Made by a program: the position numbers and the translations under genes. Under the pieces are notes generated by a model that was not told the origin of the DNA, did not search any database, and was given only the letters and a program-made list of their open reading frames with translations. 58,144 nucleotides of DNA from Pseudomonadota bacterium (GTDB taxonomy: Bacteria > Bdellovibrionota_B > Oligoflexia > Oligoflexales > CAIMVM01), in the NCBI GenBank assembly GCA_037142195.1, contig JBAXBA010000012.1, positions 1-58,144 on the forward strand. The letters are read 5' to 3'. Positions 1 to 10,255 of this stretch are shown here, one piece after another; the first letter of the stretch is position 1; each line of letters begins with the position of its first letter.

Positions 1-72
1 TCTTTCCGGCCAACTTGCTTGAGGCAAGATCTTCATTCCCAACATAGCAACTACTAAAATGCACTAGAAGGC

Positions 73-99
73 CTATCGGATTGATCGAGTTGTTTGTTA
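73..99 (-). promoter_or_regulatory. Putative sigma28 (FliA)-type promoter pointing off the left edge of the window
   Basis: Minus strand reads TAAC-N15-TCCGATAG vs consensus TAAA-N15-GCCGATAA; target gene lies mostly or entirely outside the window. Confidence 0.35.
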
Positions 100-445
100 G
101 GACCAGGGGAAAATTCGCCGAAATTATTGGGAGATGTGTGAATTTGGCGCACGGCGTTGATTTTCCTACCAGCATTGGCACATCTTGGAAAGGTCTTGAA
201 ATGGCGCAGTGCAGACCCTAGAAAGAATCAAGAGTGGTAAGCTCTTATTAGGGAAATGGGAGGCCTTTTGACCTTTAGGTAGAGAGACTATCTACTAGGC
301 GAAAACACTTGTTCGGAAGAATTGAGTATTTTTCAGGTTTCCCCGAAGAAGAGCTATTAAAGGCCACTAAATCAATCGCCAGCCATTCAAAATGGGGCGG
401 CATATAGCCAACGAGACATTCCTTTTTACGACTTTGCACAACAAT

Positions 446-1240
446 TTACCGAGCAAAAAGCGCTTCATAATTGCTCCAAACCAACATTTCTGCCTCATGA
501 AAGGAAAGGCCTCGCAGCTCTCCCAAATACGCTACCGTCTGGGAGACATCCCGCGGCTCAGATCTGCCTCCGGGAACCGGAGACAAATAAGGAGCATCTG
601 TTTCGGTAAGGATAGAGGTTGCTGGAAGGCTTCGCAAAAGTTTTCCAAAAGAATCACTTCTCCTGGCATTCGCAGGGATAGAAAAACACCAGTTTTTGCT
701 CTCAGCATACTCGATAGCCCATTTGGATTTCCCGCTATAGCAATGCATATTCACCTTTTTGGCACCCGAGTGAGCCAATACTTCAAAGGCCTCACGTTCC
801 AACTTTCTGGAGTGAACAATAATCGGCAAGTGAAATCGTATTCCAATATCAATGAGCGACTCAAAAACAAAGGTCTGTTCTTTAAACGTAGAAGCTTCTA
901 GCCAGTGTCCGTCTAGACCGCACTCTCCTATGGCATGAATCAGCCCTTTTTCGGCGCATTCTTCAATAAAACGAATCTCCGCATGCACATCAAACTTTCC
1001 GACACGATGTGGAAAATCATCGGCAAGAAGATGATTTACGGCATCAATGGGATAAATCCCTAAAGCTGCCTTGACGATGGGAAAGGTTTGAGTCATTTCT
1101 AAAATCATTCGATTGGAAACAGGCTCAAGTCCATTACAAACAATGGCACCCAGTCGCTCCTTCTCCGCTCTTCCAATAACCTCAACTAAATCGTCCTTAA
1201 ACTTTCCATGAGTCAAATGAGTATGTACATCAACGAACAT
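446..1240 (-). CDS. tatD: TatD family metal-dependent DNase/hydrolase
   Basis: DVHTH, GIYP, AIGECGLD, HSR, MHCYSG, LTETDAPYL motifs. Confidence 0.93.
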   Translation of the reverse strand: MFVDVHTHLTHGKFKDDLVEVIGRAEKERLGAIVCNGLEPVSNRMILEMTQTFPIVKAALGIYPIDAVNHLLADDFPHRVGKFDVHAEIRFIEECAEKGLIHAIGECGLDGHWLEASTFKEQTFVFESLIDIGIRFHLPIIVHSRKLEREAFEVLAHSGAKKVNMHCYSGKSKWAIEYAESKNWCFSIPANARRSDSFGKLLRSLPATSILTETDAPYLSPVPGGRSEPRDVSQTVAYLGELRGLSFHEAEMLVWSNYEALFAR

Positions 1241-1414
1241 ATCTTTTCCTTGTAAGAAATCACTTCAAATCATATATGTGAAGTCCCTGAAATGCAAAGA
1301 GAGCTTCTTATAAAATGCTGGGAGATGCCGCAAAACATTAGAACTTATGTTTTTTACAACTGACGGTCCCTATGAAAATAAAGCTTTGAAAGGAGCTGGC
1401 CAGGCCTCCACTGT

Positions 1415-3217
1415 CTAGCGAGTGCGGCGGCGGAGAACACCAACGCACATAGGCGCCATAAGAATCCAATAGAAATGAGGAAGCGCCTTGGCACCCTGCA
1501 TCAGGGAACAATAGCCATAGTTCTTTTTGCCTGTCTTTTCTCCGAGGGAAGGCTCCACGCTAGGCGAAGGATCTTGGGAAGGAAATTGTTTTGTTTTTTT
1601 GGAATCTGCAATTTCGCCAGAGCTTCCGTCAATCTTAGGCCAAGAGCTTATGTCTTCACAGGTCGTATGATCAAGGATCAAACCAAAGCCTCTTTTTTGG
1701 CTCAGGTCCACAAAGTCACAAATATTTTTCCCCTGATTGATGGACTGGTCGGCAAGCGCAAATGCCGACAAGAAGTCTTGGATATCACTTGAGGGATTGA
1801 GAAACTTTACAGCCTGAAGAGTCGTCTCTGCTAATTCATCGAGATTTCGATTCTTTTTTTGAAAGAGATCCCATAGGAGTCCGGACACAAGCTGTCCTTG
1901 CTGATGAGGAGTCAACTGAACATAAGGTTCTGATTTGTAAACGAGATCGTTCAAACCAGACCTTAAGCAAGTCTTATAGGTACTACATGTAGGAGAGTTT
2001 TCTGGACAAATGCTCTCTCCTAAGCAGGAATCCTTGCTTTTGGCGAAGGCAAAGAAATCTGCCAGACCCTCATGAAGCACAAGTGATTCGCCTACCGTAG
2101 ATGTGAGTGTTTGATAGATCATATGGTGTGCCAACTCATGGGAAACAACATCCCCATCTGTCGTTAGATTTCTTAATAACACACCATCCCCAGATCCAAT
2201 GGAGATGCTAGGGCTGTCCTTTTCAAAGAAGCTTCCAGGTTCATAAATGGCATTATTTTTACTACCATTTACCAAAACATTAATATGAATGGTTATCTTC
2301 TTTTTTGAGGAATCTTTAAATCCAATCTGGCGATAGTAGTCCATGGCATTATTGGCATGAACAAAGACGCTGGCTTCTTTAAAGCGGATGTCGCCTGGAT
2401 CATAGATAAACTCATTGGTGGGTTCAAAAGCTTTTTTGATGCCATGGGTATCGACCTGAAATTCATCGTTGCCAAGAAACCCATCTTCTTTGGTATTGAT
2501 GGAATATGTTTTAAGATCCTGACCACTAGAACTTTGAATAAAGGCCTGCACTTCAGCCGAAAAGCTTGTTCTCTCCACACGAAACACTTCATCTTCAGAC
2601 AACCATAAGCGATAAGTGGACTCACCGATCCGAGCCAAAGCTTCCCTTGCGTGATAAAGCCCGTCATTTTTTTGAAAAAGACACTCTTCTAAGGGCTGAA
2701 ATTCTTCTACCTTTTGACCTGAAAGAGGCTTTAAAAAAGTCTCAGAAAGTCGTCTTAGAGCTTCCGTTCCCTGAGGAAAACGGCCGATTGTCTTAGTACC
2801 TGGATCGATTACAGGAATGGAGCCCAGCACTAATGATGTGGGCGTTGGTCCCTTTGATGACATGGATCGGGAGAGATCTCGCTCATTTATGCGGCTCAAA
2901 GTCAGGCTAAATCCGCATATCTTGTGGTTTTCAAGATAGAAATAGGCTTCCTTTCTCTGAAAGCTTTCCTGAAATGATTTTTCGCGAGAGGAGTTCCAAA
3001 TAAGGTTAAGTCCTGCATGCGAATTGAGACTCTGGAATTGATCGATTGCCAAATCTTCAGCAGACTCATCCAAGGTCCACGAGGGACGGCCTGAGAAGCC
3101 AAGCTGCCTTACTTTAGTGCCTATAAACTCACTTCCCCATTCCTTCACGTGCCCTTGGCCGAGCGTGACCTGAGAGGTCAGCCCTAGCATGCATCCAAAG
3201 CTCAAATTTCTAAACAT
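1415..3217 (-). CDS. Secreted gluzincin metallopeptidase (M4/M36-like) with C-terminal sorting-signal-like tail
   Basis: NNAIY, HELAH plus downstream EGLADFF; N-terminal signal-like segment; C-terminal GYC-hydrophobic-RRRTR. ATG at 3217 preferred over TTG 3226 because AGGAG abuts the TTG. Confidence 0.8.
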   Translation of the reverse strand: MFRNLSFGCMLGLTSQVTLGQGHVKEWGSEFIGTKVRQLGFSGRPSWTLDESAEDLAIDQFQSLNSHAGLNLIWNSSREKSFQESFQRKEAYFYLENHKICGFSLTLSRINERDLSRSMSSKGPTPTSLVLGSIPVIDPGTKTIGRFPQGTEALRRLSETFLKPLSGQKVEEFQPLEECLFQKNDGLYHAREALARIGESTYRLWLSEDEVFRVERTSFSAEVQAFIQSSSGQDLKTYSINTKEDGFLGNDEFQVDTHGIKKAFEPTNEFIYDPGDIRFKEASVFVHANNAMDYYRQIGFKDSSKKKITIHINVLVNGSKNNAIYEPGSFFEKDSPSISIGSGDGVLLRNLTTDGDVVSHELAHHMIYQTLTSTVGESLVLHEGLADFFAFAKSKDSCLGESICPENSPTCSTYKTCLRSGLNDLVYKSEPYVQLTPHQQGQLVSGLLWDLFQKKNRNLDELAETTLQAVKFLNPSSDIQDFLSAFALADQSINQGKNICDFVDLSQKRGFGLILDHTTCEDISSWPKIDGSSGEIADSKKTKQFPSQDPSPSVEPSLGEKTGKKNYGYCSLMQGAKALPHFYWILMAPMCVGVLRRRTR

Positions 3218-3242
3218 GGGGATCAACTCCTGTTACTAGGAG

Positions 3243-3269
3243 TTTTCGGCAGCATGAGCCTAAAGTTTA
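3243..3269 (-). promoter_or_regulatory. Putative sigma28 (FliA)-type promoter of the metallopeptidase gene
   Basis: TAAA-ctttaggctcatgct(15)-GCCGAAAA on minus strand, just upstream of the RBS. Confidence 0.6.
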
Positions 3270-3352
3270 CTTAGCCTATATTCAGTGTTAGTCTCGCCTG
3301 TGTTAGGGAGTTCCCAGGGAACTTGAAATCCGCCTTAAAGGAGAGATCCTAA

Positions 3353-4228
3353 ATGCCTAAAATTACTTCTGTACTAGGAAATTCTCAGAAATTAGATGGG
3401 GGCGCTATGTTTGGCAATGCCCCCAAACCCATGTGGTCGAAGTGGCTTCCCCCAGATGAGTTGGGGCGCATTTCCTTAAAATGCCGAGCCCTGCTGATTC
3501 AGCATCAAGGAAAGAATTGGCTTTTAGAGGCAGGTATCGGTGCCTTTTTTGAGCCTAAACTTGCAGAGCGCTACGGAGTGGAAAATCCGCACGTCCATGA
3601 ACTACTCGTCCATCTTAAAGAAGTGGGTCTATCGGAAGCCGATATAGATTATGTGATTTTAAGTCACCTTCATTTTGATCATGCAGGCGGCTTATTGCCA
3701 AGTTATGAAGACGCTCAACGAAATGGCGATCGACTACTATTTCCAAATGCCACCTACGTGGTAGGCAGATCCGCTTTAGAGAGGGCTTTAAGCCCTCACT
3801 CCCGAGACAAGGCATCCTTTATCCCAAAACTCAATCAACTCCTGGTGGATTCTAAAAGACTTTTAGTCATCGATAGTGAGACCGTTCCCAGTTCAGACTT
3901 TGCGCCTTTTAAGTTTTTCTTCACCGATGGGCATACCCCTGGCCAAATGCATACTCTGTTTCAAGGCGCCCAAGAAAAGATTTTCTTTTGCGGCGATATT
4001 ATCCCAGGCATTCCTTGGATTCATATCCCCATTACTATGGGTTATGACCGTTTTGCGGAACAAGTGATCAATGAAAAAGAAAAGATTCTCGAACTCGCAC
4101 GAGAGCAAAATTGGTACCTTTATTTTACTCATGATCAAACGACGGCTATGGCACGAGTTTATCGTGACGACCATGGGAAATTCCTCCCTAAAGATCTCAT
4201 CGCTGAACCGATTGGCTTAGAAATTTAG
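3353..4228 (+). CDS. MBL-fold metallo-hydrolase (YtnP-like)
   Basis: LDGGAMFG, SHLHFDH (HxHxDH), GHTPG, GD, GYD, HD motifs; GGAGA RBS. Confidence 0.9.
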   Translation: MPKITSVLGNSQKLDGGAMFGNAPKPMWSKWLPPDELGRISLKCRALLIQHQGKNWLLEAGIGAFFEPKLAERYGVENPHVHELLVHLKEVGLSEADIDYVILSHLHFDHAGGLLPSYEDAQRNGDRLLFPNATYVVGRSALERALSPHSRDKASFIPKLNQLLVDSKRLLVIDSETVPSSDFAPFKFFFTDGHTPGQMHTLFQGAQEKIFFCGDIIPGIPWIHIPITMGYDRFAEQVINEKEKILELAREQNWYLYFTHDQTTAMARVYRDDHGKFLPKDLIAEPIGLEI

Positions 4229-4261
4229 GTGAAAATTAGGGGAGGCAGCATGCTGGCTCAA

Positions 4262-4308
4262 CTTAAAACGGCTTAAAACGGCTTAAAACGGCTTAAAACG
4301 GCTTAAAA
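4262..4308. repeat. Perfect 10-bp tandem repeat (CTTAAAACGG x4 plus CTTAAAA) overlapping the hemJ stop codon
   Basis: Directly visible in sequence. Confidence 0.97.
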
Positions 4309-4724
4309 AGCACCAGCCAAACAATAATCATCATGAGGACCGTCGGAACTTCGTTCCAATAACGCATTTTCAAGGCCGACGGCGCCATGGGACTTTTGTC
4401 GCGATAGAGCAGCACAACTCCACCAGCGTACATCGTCACGCCAGTTAAACAAAAAACAAATAGAAGTTTTAAGAGGAGCCACTGCCCACCAAGAAGCCCT
4501 GGACTTAGGGCTATCATCGATATCCCGGCCAGCCAAGCCACCACCATGGCAGGGACCGTGATGTACCTAAAAAGGCGGTACTCCATCAAAACGAGAAGGT
4601 TGTGATTGTCCTCGCTTGTTTTAGCATAGGTTGCATGATTTACAAAAAGTCGAAAGAGATAAAGAATGCCAGCCATCCAACTGATGACAGCAATGATGTG
4701 AAGCCATTTGCACCAAAGATACAC
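4293..4724 (-). CDS. hemJ: Protoporphyrinogen IX oxidase HemJ (CopD/UPF0093 family)
   Basis: YLWxKxLHIIAVISWMAGILYLxRLFVxH, MExRL, WLxxKL, NEVPT, KPF end; GTG start at 4724 behind GGAGG, immediately after leuS stop. Confidence 0.9.
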   Translation of the reverse strand: MYLWCKWLHIIAVISWMAGILYLFRLFVNHATYAKTSEDNHNLLVLMEYRLFRYITVPAMVVAWLAGISMIALSPGLLGGQWLLLKLLFVFCLTGVTMYAGGVVLLYRDKSPMAPSALKMRYWNEVPTVLMMIIVWLVLFKPF

Positions 4725-4725
4725 C

Positions 4726-7158
4726 CTAGCCTCCCAGTACAAAATTGACAATTTTACCTGGGACATAAATAACCTGCTTCACAACTTTTCCTTCAATATT
4801 GCGCACAACAAAGTCTTGGGAATTTGCTTGGAGTAAAACTTCATCTTTAGTGGCATCGACACTCACCGTTAAATTGCCGCGATGCTTGCCACCAATCATG
4901 ACACCAATGGTAATCGTTTGATCTTGAGTCAGGGAATCATCAAACTCGGGCCATGGCTCATAGGCTAAGGTGGTTTGACCGCCTAGTTTCGACCAAAGCT
5001 CCTCAGCTAAATGAGGGGCATAGGGAGATAAAACGAGAATAAAGGTTTTGGCTGTAGCCTTGGTCAATCCCTCACTCCGATAGATGAGGTTGATAAACTC
5101 CATCATCATGGCAATCGAAGTATTAAAAGATAGACTTTCCATGTCTTCTGTAACCTTTTTAATGGTCTTATGAAGAAACTTGGTAACTTCAGGAGAGTCC
5201 GTGGTAAGACTAATTTTTTCGGAAAGGCTTCCATCCTCATTGATATAAAGACGCCAAACCCGTTTTAGAAATCTATTCACCCCGGATATCCCATTAGTCT
5301 GCCAGGGCTTAACCGCCTCAAAGGGACCCATAAACATCTCATAAAGCCGCAGCGAATCCGCGCCCCATTCCCCAATCACCTCATCGGGATTGACGACATT
5401 GCCTCTGGATTTAGACATCTTTTCACCATTCTGGCCTAAGATCATCCCTTGATTCACCAACTTTTGAAAAGGCTCTTTTGTGGAAACATGCCCGAGATCA
5501 AAGAGAACCTTATGCCAAAATCTTGCATAAAGAAGATGAAGTACAGCATGTTCCACCCCTCCCACGTAAAGGTCGACAGGCATCCAGTAGTTTTCTTTCG
5601 CGGAGTCCCAAGGCGCCACGTCATTATGGGGATCTATATAGCGCAAATAATACCAGCAAGACCCTGCCCACTGGGGCATGGTACATGATTCTCTAAAATA
5701 AGATTGGCCATCTTTTGAAAACTCAATCCAGTTTTTCGCTTTAGATAAAGGCGATTCCCCGTCTCCAGCTGGCTTAAAGTCATCCAATTGTGGCAACAAC
5801 ACGGGCAGATCACTATCATCAATCAAAATCTTATTGCCATCTTTATCCTGGGCAATAGGAAAGGGCTCTCCCCAATAGCGCTGGCGGCAAAACACCCAAT
5901 CGCGAAGTTTCCAAGTGGTGGCTTTTTTTCCTAATCCCTTAGACTCTAACCATTCCGACATGGCCTCAATCGCCTGAGATTTAGAGAGTCCATTCAAAAA
6001 ATCCGAATGAATGCAAACCCCTTCTCCGGTATAAGCTTTTTCTGCAATGGGACTTTCAGACTCACCGCGAACAACTTCTAGAATGGGAAGCCCATATTTA
6101 GTAGCAAACTCATGATCACGCTCATCATGGCCTGGAACTGCCATGATCGCGCCAGTTCCGTAGGTCATCATTACGTAGTCTGCGATATATATAGGAATGC
6201 TTTGTTGATTTACAGGATTTACAGCATAGGCACCGGTAAACACGCCTGTCTTAGTCTTGGAAAGCGCTGTGCGATCAAGATCACTTTTTGACTTAGCTCC
6301 CTCCACGTAGGCCCCTACTTCAGCCTGCTGGGACGCCGTTGTAATGAGGCCTACAAGCGGATGCTCAGGGGCTAGCACGCAAAATGTAACCCCGAATAAA
6401 GTATCGGGTCTTGTGGTAAAGACTTCAAAGTTTAATTTCGCTTGGCCCTTTATAGTAAAGAAAAGTTTAGCTCCGGTTGATTTTCCGATCCAATGCCGCT
6501 GCATCTCTTTGATCGCCTCCGGCCAATCTAAACCATCAAGATCCTGAAGAAGTCGCTCCGCATACTCAGTAATTTTCAAAACCCATTGGCGCATGGGACG
6601 TTTTTCGACATCGAAGCCTCCCACCTCACTTTTACCGTCCACAACCTCCTCGTTGGCTAGGACGGTGCCCAATGCCGGGCACCAGTTCACCGGTATCGTG
6701 GTTTCATAAGCCAGGCCTTGGTTATAGAGTCTTTTAAAAATCCACTGGGTCCATTTATAGTAGGAAGGATCAGTTGTGTTGACTTCTCGATCCCAATCAT
6801 AAGAAAGTCCGATGGACTGAATTTGGCGTCTAAAATTATCGACATTCTTTTTCGTTGTGAGCTCTGGGTGGGTACCCGTCTTAACCGCATACTGTTCCGC
6901 CGGCAGGCCAAAAGCATCCCAGCCCATAGGGTGCAGAACATTAAAACCCTTCATCCGCTTATAGCGAGAGATAATATCGGTTGCCGTATAGCCCTCAGGG
7001 TGCCCCACATGAAGTCCGTCACCCGAGGGATAAGGAAACATATCCAGCACATAGTATTTCGGCTTATTCCTATCTTCGGTCGTTTTAAATGTCTTTTGAG
7101 ACAACCAATAGTCTTGCCACTTTTTTTCAATCTGACTGGGATTATACTCGGTAGACAT
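4726..7158 (-). CDS. leuS: Leucine--tRNA ligase
   Basis: MFPYPSG, HVGH (HIGH), [16 protein letters not shown] editing motif, KMSKS. Confidence 0.99.
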   Translation of the reverse strand: MSTEYNPSQIEKKWQDYWLSQKTFKTTEDRNKPKYYVLDMFPYPSGDGLHVGHPEGYTATDIISRYKRMKGFNVLHPMGWDAFGLPAEQYAVKTGTHPELTTKKNVDNFRRQIQSIGLSYDWDREVNTTDPSYYKWTQWIFKRLYNQGLAYETTIPVNWCPALGTVLANEEVVDGKSEVGGFDVEKRPMRQWVLKITEYAERLLQDLDGLDWPEAIKEMQRHWIGKSTGAKLFFTIKGQAKLNFEVFTTRPDTLFGVTFCVLAPEHPLVGLITTASQQAEVGAYVEGAKSKSDLDRTALSKTKTGVFTGAYAVNPVNQQSIPIYIADYVMMTYGTGAIMAVPGHDERDHEFATKYGLPILEVVRGESESPIAEKAYTGEGVCIHSDFLNGLSKSQAIEAMSEWLESKGLGKKATTWKLRDWVFCRQRYWGEPFPIAQDKDGNKILIDDSDLPVLLPQLDDFKPAGDGESPLSKAKNWIEFSKDGQSYFRESCTMPQWAGSCWYYLRYIDPHNDVAPWDSAKENYWMPVDLYVGGVEHAVLHLLYARFWHKVLFDLGHVSTKEPFQKLVNQGMILGQNGEKMSKSRGNVVNPDEVIGEWGADSLRLYEMFMGPFEAVKPWQTNGISGVNRFLKRVWRLYINEDGSLSEKISLTTDSPEVTKFLHKTIKKVTEDMESLSFNTSIAMMMEFINLIYRSEGLTKATAKTFILVLSPYAPHLAEELWSKLGGQTTLAYEPWPEFDDSLTQDQTITIGVMIGGKHRGNLTVSVDATKDEVLLQANSQDFVVRNIEGKVVKQVIYVPGKIVNFVLGG

Positions 7159-7289
7159 ATTCCTCCACTGCCAACCAAAAAGCTGGCACTCTATTAATAT
7201 TTAAAAGCTGTATTCTACTACTTCTAAGCCTATTGCGCGATTGAAAGAGACACATTATGATAATCCTTTAGCGAAAGTGAGAGAAAATC

Positions 7290-8780
7290 ATGCTTAAACG
7301 AATGCTCAAATTGTGTACAGTGTTTGCGTTTGTTTTTATCTTTTCTCCTGTCGTTAAAGCAGAGCCATGGTTAGGGAATCGATTTGCTCAAAACTGCGCA
7401 GGCTGCCATGCACCCGGGCGCATTAATGTTGTTGCAGCCAAGCGAAAGTGCACGTTGTCCTGCCAAGGCTGCCACGTAAATCCCAATGGCGGAGGGCTTA
7501 GAAGCCATTACGGAAAATGGACGGAAGATCGCTGGTTAAGCACCCAAAAGGCAAACTGGCTAAAAAATAGCCTTGGTTTTGCCCCCCGCAAAGATCAGCT
7601 CTATGGGAAAAAGCCTTGGGAAAAAGTAAAAGATCAAATTATGGCCCCGAACTCTAAATTGGCCGACCGAATTGTAAAACATGGTTTGACGCTTGTAGAA
7701 ACCGAAACACCCATGAATGAACTGGAACATGACCGCGTTGCAAATCCCTACACCACGATTTCAGAATCTGATGTTCAGTACTTCTACCAAGTACCTCAAG
7801 ATGATCCTTACCGACTCTTAGGGGAATCGAAAGTCGACGGGGGAGGCGATATTAGATGGATGGTAAATAACCTTACCCGAACCACCAACGGAACTTCAAC
7901 TGCTGTAAAGCAAAATTTCCTTATGGCTGCTGATTTTGCCATTAGAGCTAGACCGCTTTACCGAGATTTGCATTTTGTGTATGAGTCTCGCATCTTGGGC
8001 AATCCTGGTAAAGATGCCAAAACTAAAGACAGCTTCGCCCAATCCATGACGCGAAGCGCCTATGGGATGTACGATAGTTTACCTTATAATACCTTCGTTA
8101 TGGCTGGTTTGTACCGTCCTTTGTTCGGAAATGCCACACCAGACCACACCGCTTTGTCTCAAAAAATACTAGCTTCTGCTCAAGATATTTCCGGGGGAAT
8201 GTACCGGGCTCCGCCTTTTACCGCCATTTCTATCGGCACAGCACCCAATGTACCTTTTGCTAATTTGCACATTTTGACGGGAACCGAAGATAGTACCACG
8301 TGGAAGAATCTTAGTGGCTATGCGGTAAATGGCGGACTCAGGTTTGTAAAGTTAGGGGCCTCCGCAGTCTACAGTTACCAAAAAACCTCAGGAAAGAATG
8401 CGACTTCTCAAGAGGTCACTTCTGTTCTTCACTCCCTTAGCTTGGGAATGACAGTAAAGCGCACCACCTTAAATTATGAAACCGTTAGCTATTCAAACGA
8501 CAATAAAGCGAAAGCACTTCGTGTCGGCGGAACCCATTCTTTGGATACATACACGAGAATTTTTGGCGAAACGTACTTCAACTTAGCCTATACAGTCGCT
8601 AATGTATCCACGGACATTTTGCCTGGAAATGCAGTACAGATAAAGTCCGGCCTGAGATCGTTTTTAGTGCCTGGAATTGATTTGCAAATCGGCTACGAGT
8701 CTACAACCAATAAATCCACCGAAGATAATTCTGAAACCAAAACCGCTGGGATTACCACTCAACTTCACGCATTCTTTTAA
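7290..8780 (+). CDS. Exported di-haem cytochrome c fused to a probable outer-membrane beta-barrel
   Basis: Signal peptide (VKA|EP), CAGCH and CQGCH motifs, HVNPNGGG, amphipathic beta-strand C-terminal half, terminal Phe (LHAFF). Confidence 0.65.
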   Translation: MLKRMLKLCTVFAFVFIFSPVVKAEPWLGNRFAQNCAGCHAPGRINVVAAKRKCTLSCQGCHVNPNGGGLRSHYGKWTEDRWLSTQKANWLKNSLGFAPRKDQLYGKKPWEKVKDQIMAPNSKLADRIVKHGLTLVETETPMNELEHDRVANPYTTISESDVQYFYQVPQDDPYRLLGESKVDGGGDIRWMVNNLTRTTNGTSTAVKQNFLMAADFAIRARPLYRDLHFVYESRILGNPGKDAKTKDSFAQSMTRSAYGMYDSLPYNTFVMAGLYRPLFGNATPDHTALSQKILASAQDISGGMYRAPPFTAISIGTAPNVPFANLHILTGTEDSTTWKNLSGYAVNGGLRFVKLGASAVYSYQKTSGKNATSQEVTSVLHSLSLGMTVKRTTLNYETVSYSNDNKAKALRVGGTHSLDTYTRIFGETYFNLAYTVANVSTDILPGNAVQIKSGLRSFLVPGIDLQIGYESTTNKSTEDNSETKTAGITTQLHAFF

Positions 8781-8788
8781 ACCAGGAC

Positions 8789-8814
8789 AAAAAACAGGCC
8801 TGCTATACAGGCCT
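8789..8814 (-). terminator. Hairpin terminator between convergent cytochrome-barrel and mlaE genes
   Basis: AGGCCTG-CTATA-CAGGCCT stem; followed by GTTTTTT on minus strand. Confidence 0.6.
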
Positions 8815-8838
8815 AGGCGGTTCAGATGAAAGTTCCTT

Positions 8839-9606
8839 TTAGAATTCGGAATAGATAAACGAGAGCATGAAATCTACAATCAAAATAGAAACCAATGCAA
8901 AAACGACGCTTTGAGTGGTTGCGGTCCCTACCCCTTTAGCGCCTCTTCCTGCCCCAATTCCCTTGTAACAACCAATAAGTGATAAGATCAGTCCAAAAAT
9001 AGCCGATTTTACCAAACCTTCAAATATATGCTTCGGCTCCGAGATCCACTGAATATTGGCAATATAGACTCCAGAGTCCACATTGTAGATGACTACCCCA
9101 ATTATGTAACTCGCCAAAACACCCACAAATAAAAATACAGCCGTAAGTAGCGGTAGCATTAAAAACGTAGCGAGAACTCGTGGAGCTATCAAATAATTAA
9201 ATGGACTCACTCCAAGTACTTTTAACGAGTCAATTTGATCATTGACTTTCATGGTTGCGATTTCAGCCGCCATGGATGACCCTGCTCGTCCCGTAACTAA
9301 AAAGGCGCTAACAACAGGTGCCAACTCCTTGGATAGGGAGTAAGATGCCGCTGCACCAATCATGGATTCAGATTTAAAGATCCTAAAGATCTCTCCAAAC
9401 TGCAATCCAAAAACAGCGCCTATCATCATGGCAGCTATAGTTATAATCCAAAAACTCTTGTTACCTATAAATTCCATTTGAACAAGAAGGAGCTTTCTAG
9501 ACATCGGAAAAAATTCTCTAGCCACCGACCATGTAAACATGACAAAGCGCCCAACAGCTCTAAAGCCACCGGCGCTAAATTGGCCAACTACACGAATCGC
9601 TTCCAT
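8839..9606 (-). CDS. mlaE: MlaE family ABC transporter permease
   Basis: ELAPV..A..VTGRAGSSMAAEIATMKV.DQID.L...G..P..YL..PR; GAKGVG.ATT.SVV. Confidence 0.93.
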   Translation of the reverse strand: MEAIRVVGQFSAGGFRAVGRFVMFTWSVAREFFPMSRKLLLVQMEFIGNKSFWIITIAAMMIGAVFGLQFGEIFRIFKSESMIGAAASYSLSKELAPVVSAFLVTGRAGSSMAAEIATMKVNDQIDSLKVLGVSPFNYLIAPRVLATFLMLPLLTAVFLFVGVLASYIIGVVIYNVDSGVYIANIQWISEPKHIFEGLVKSAIFGLILSLIGCYKGIGAGRGAKGVGTATTQSVVFALVSILIVDFMLSFIYSEF

Positions 9607-10155
9607 TTATTTCCAAGGATTGCTTACAGAATCCCTTGGCACAGCTTTCTCAGATAGGTCCTTTTTTGAAACAAACTTTCCGTCAGAGATTTTTCCAAAG
9701 GCACCAAGATCTTCTATCAATACGGATTCACCCTTCTTCAAAGTGCTCACTTGACTTGCGCTCGCCTCTGGGTTCGCAAGAATTGCGGTATCATTTAGAG
9801 CGTAACGCACGACTTTGCCAGCTGCACTAGCAGCTGCTGCAGTAGAGTCTCCCGCAGTCGGGGCCGCTACATCGGATGGAGGTAACTCTGCACTTGTCGG
9901 ATCAGCCGGAGTGCCGGTTGTGTTGGCAGGAATTTCAGCCGAAGTATTGCTCGCTGCATCCACACTCGCTTCTGCGTTGCCGGTACCCAGATCTGAAGCT
10001 TGAGGAGAGGGTTTCTCAGAGCCCGTTGCTGAGGCATTAGATGCCCCTTGATCTGCGGCATTTTCATCAACAGGTTCAGCTTGCTCATCAGCTGACTTGG
10101 TGCAAGCAGGCATCATGGCGATTAAAGTCAAAAGCAAAGTTAACTTAGCTAGCAT
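9607..10155 (-). CDS. Lipoprotein with disordered Ala/Ser/Pro linker and C-terminal SH3b-like domain
   Basis: Lipobox-like MPAC; C-terminal ILANPEASASQVSTLKKGESV...GKFVSKKDL resembles bacterial SH3. Confidence 0.65.
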   Translation of the reverse strand: MLAKLTLLLTLIAMMPACTKSADEQAEPVDENAADQGASNASATGSEKPSPQASDLGTGNAEASVDAASNTSAEIPANTTGTPADPTSAELPPSDVAAPTAGDSTAAAASAAGKVVRYALNDTAILANPEASASQVSTLKKGESVLIEDLGAFGKISDGKFVSKKDLSEKAVPRDSVSNPWK

Positions 10156-10255
10156 AAAATTCTCCCCAAAAAGTCGCGGAAATTATATAATCATAACATC
10201 TTGAGATTTATTTTACATCAAACGTAGAATTTTTGTCGCGGAAAAGGGACTCATT

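Noticed and set aside
392..901. 169-aa + strand ORF and the many similar antisense or out-of-frame ORFs (e.g. 6718-7197, 31725-32276, 44254-44739, 46519-47034)
   Set aside because: Shadow ORFs overlapping well-supported genes, with no motifs
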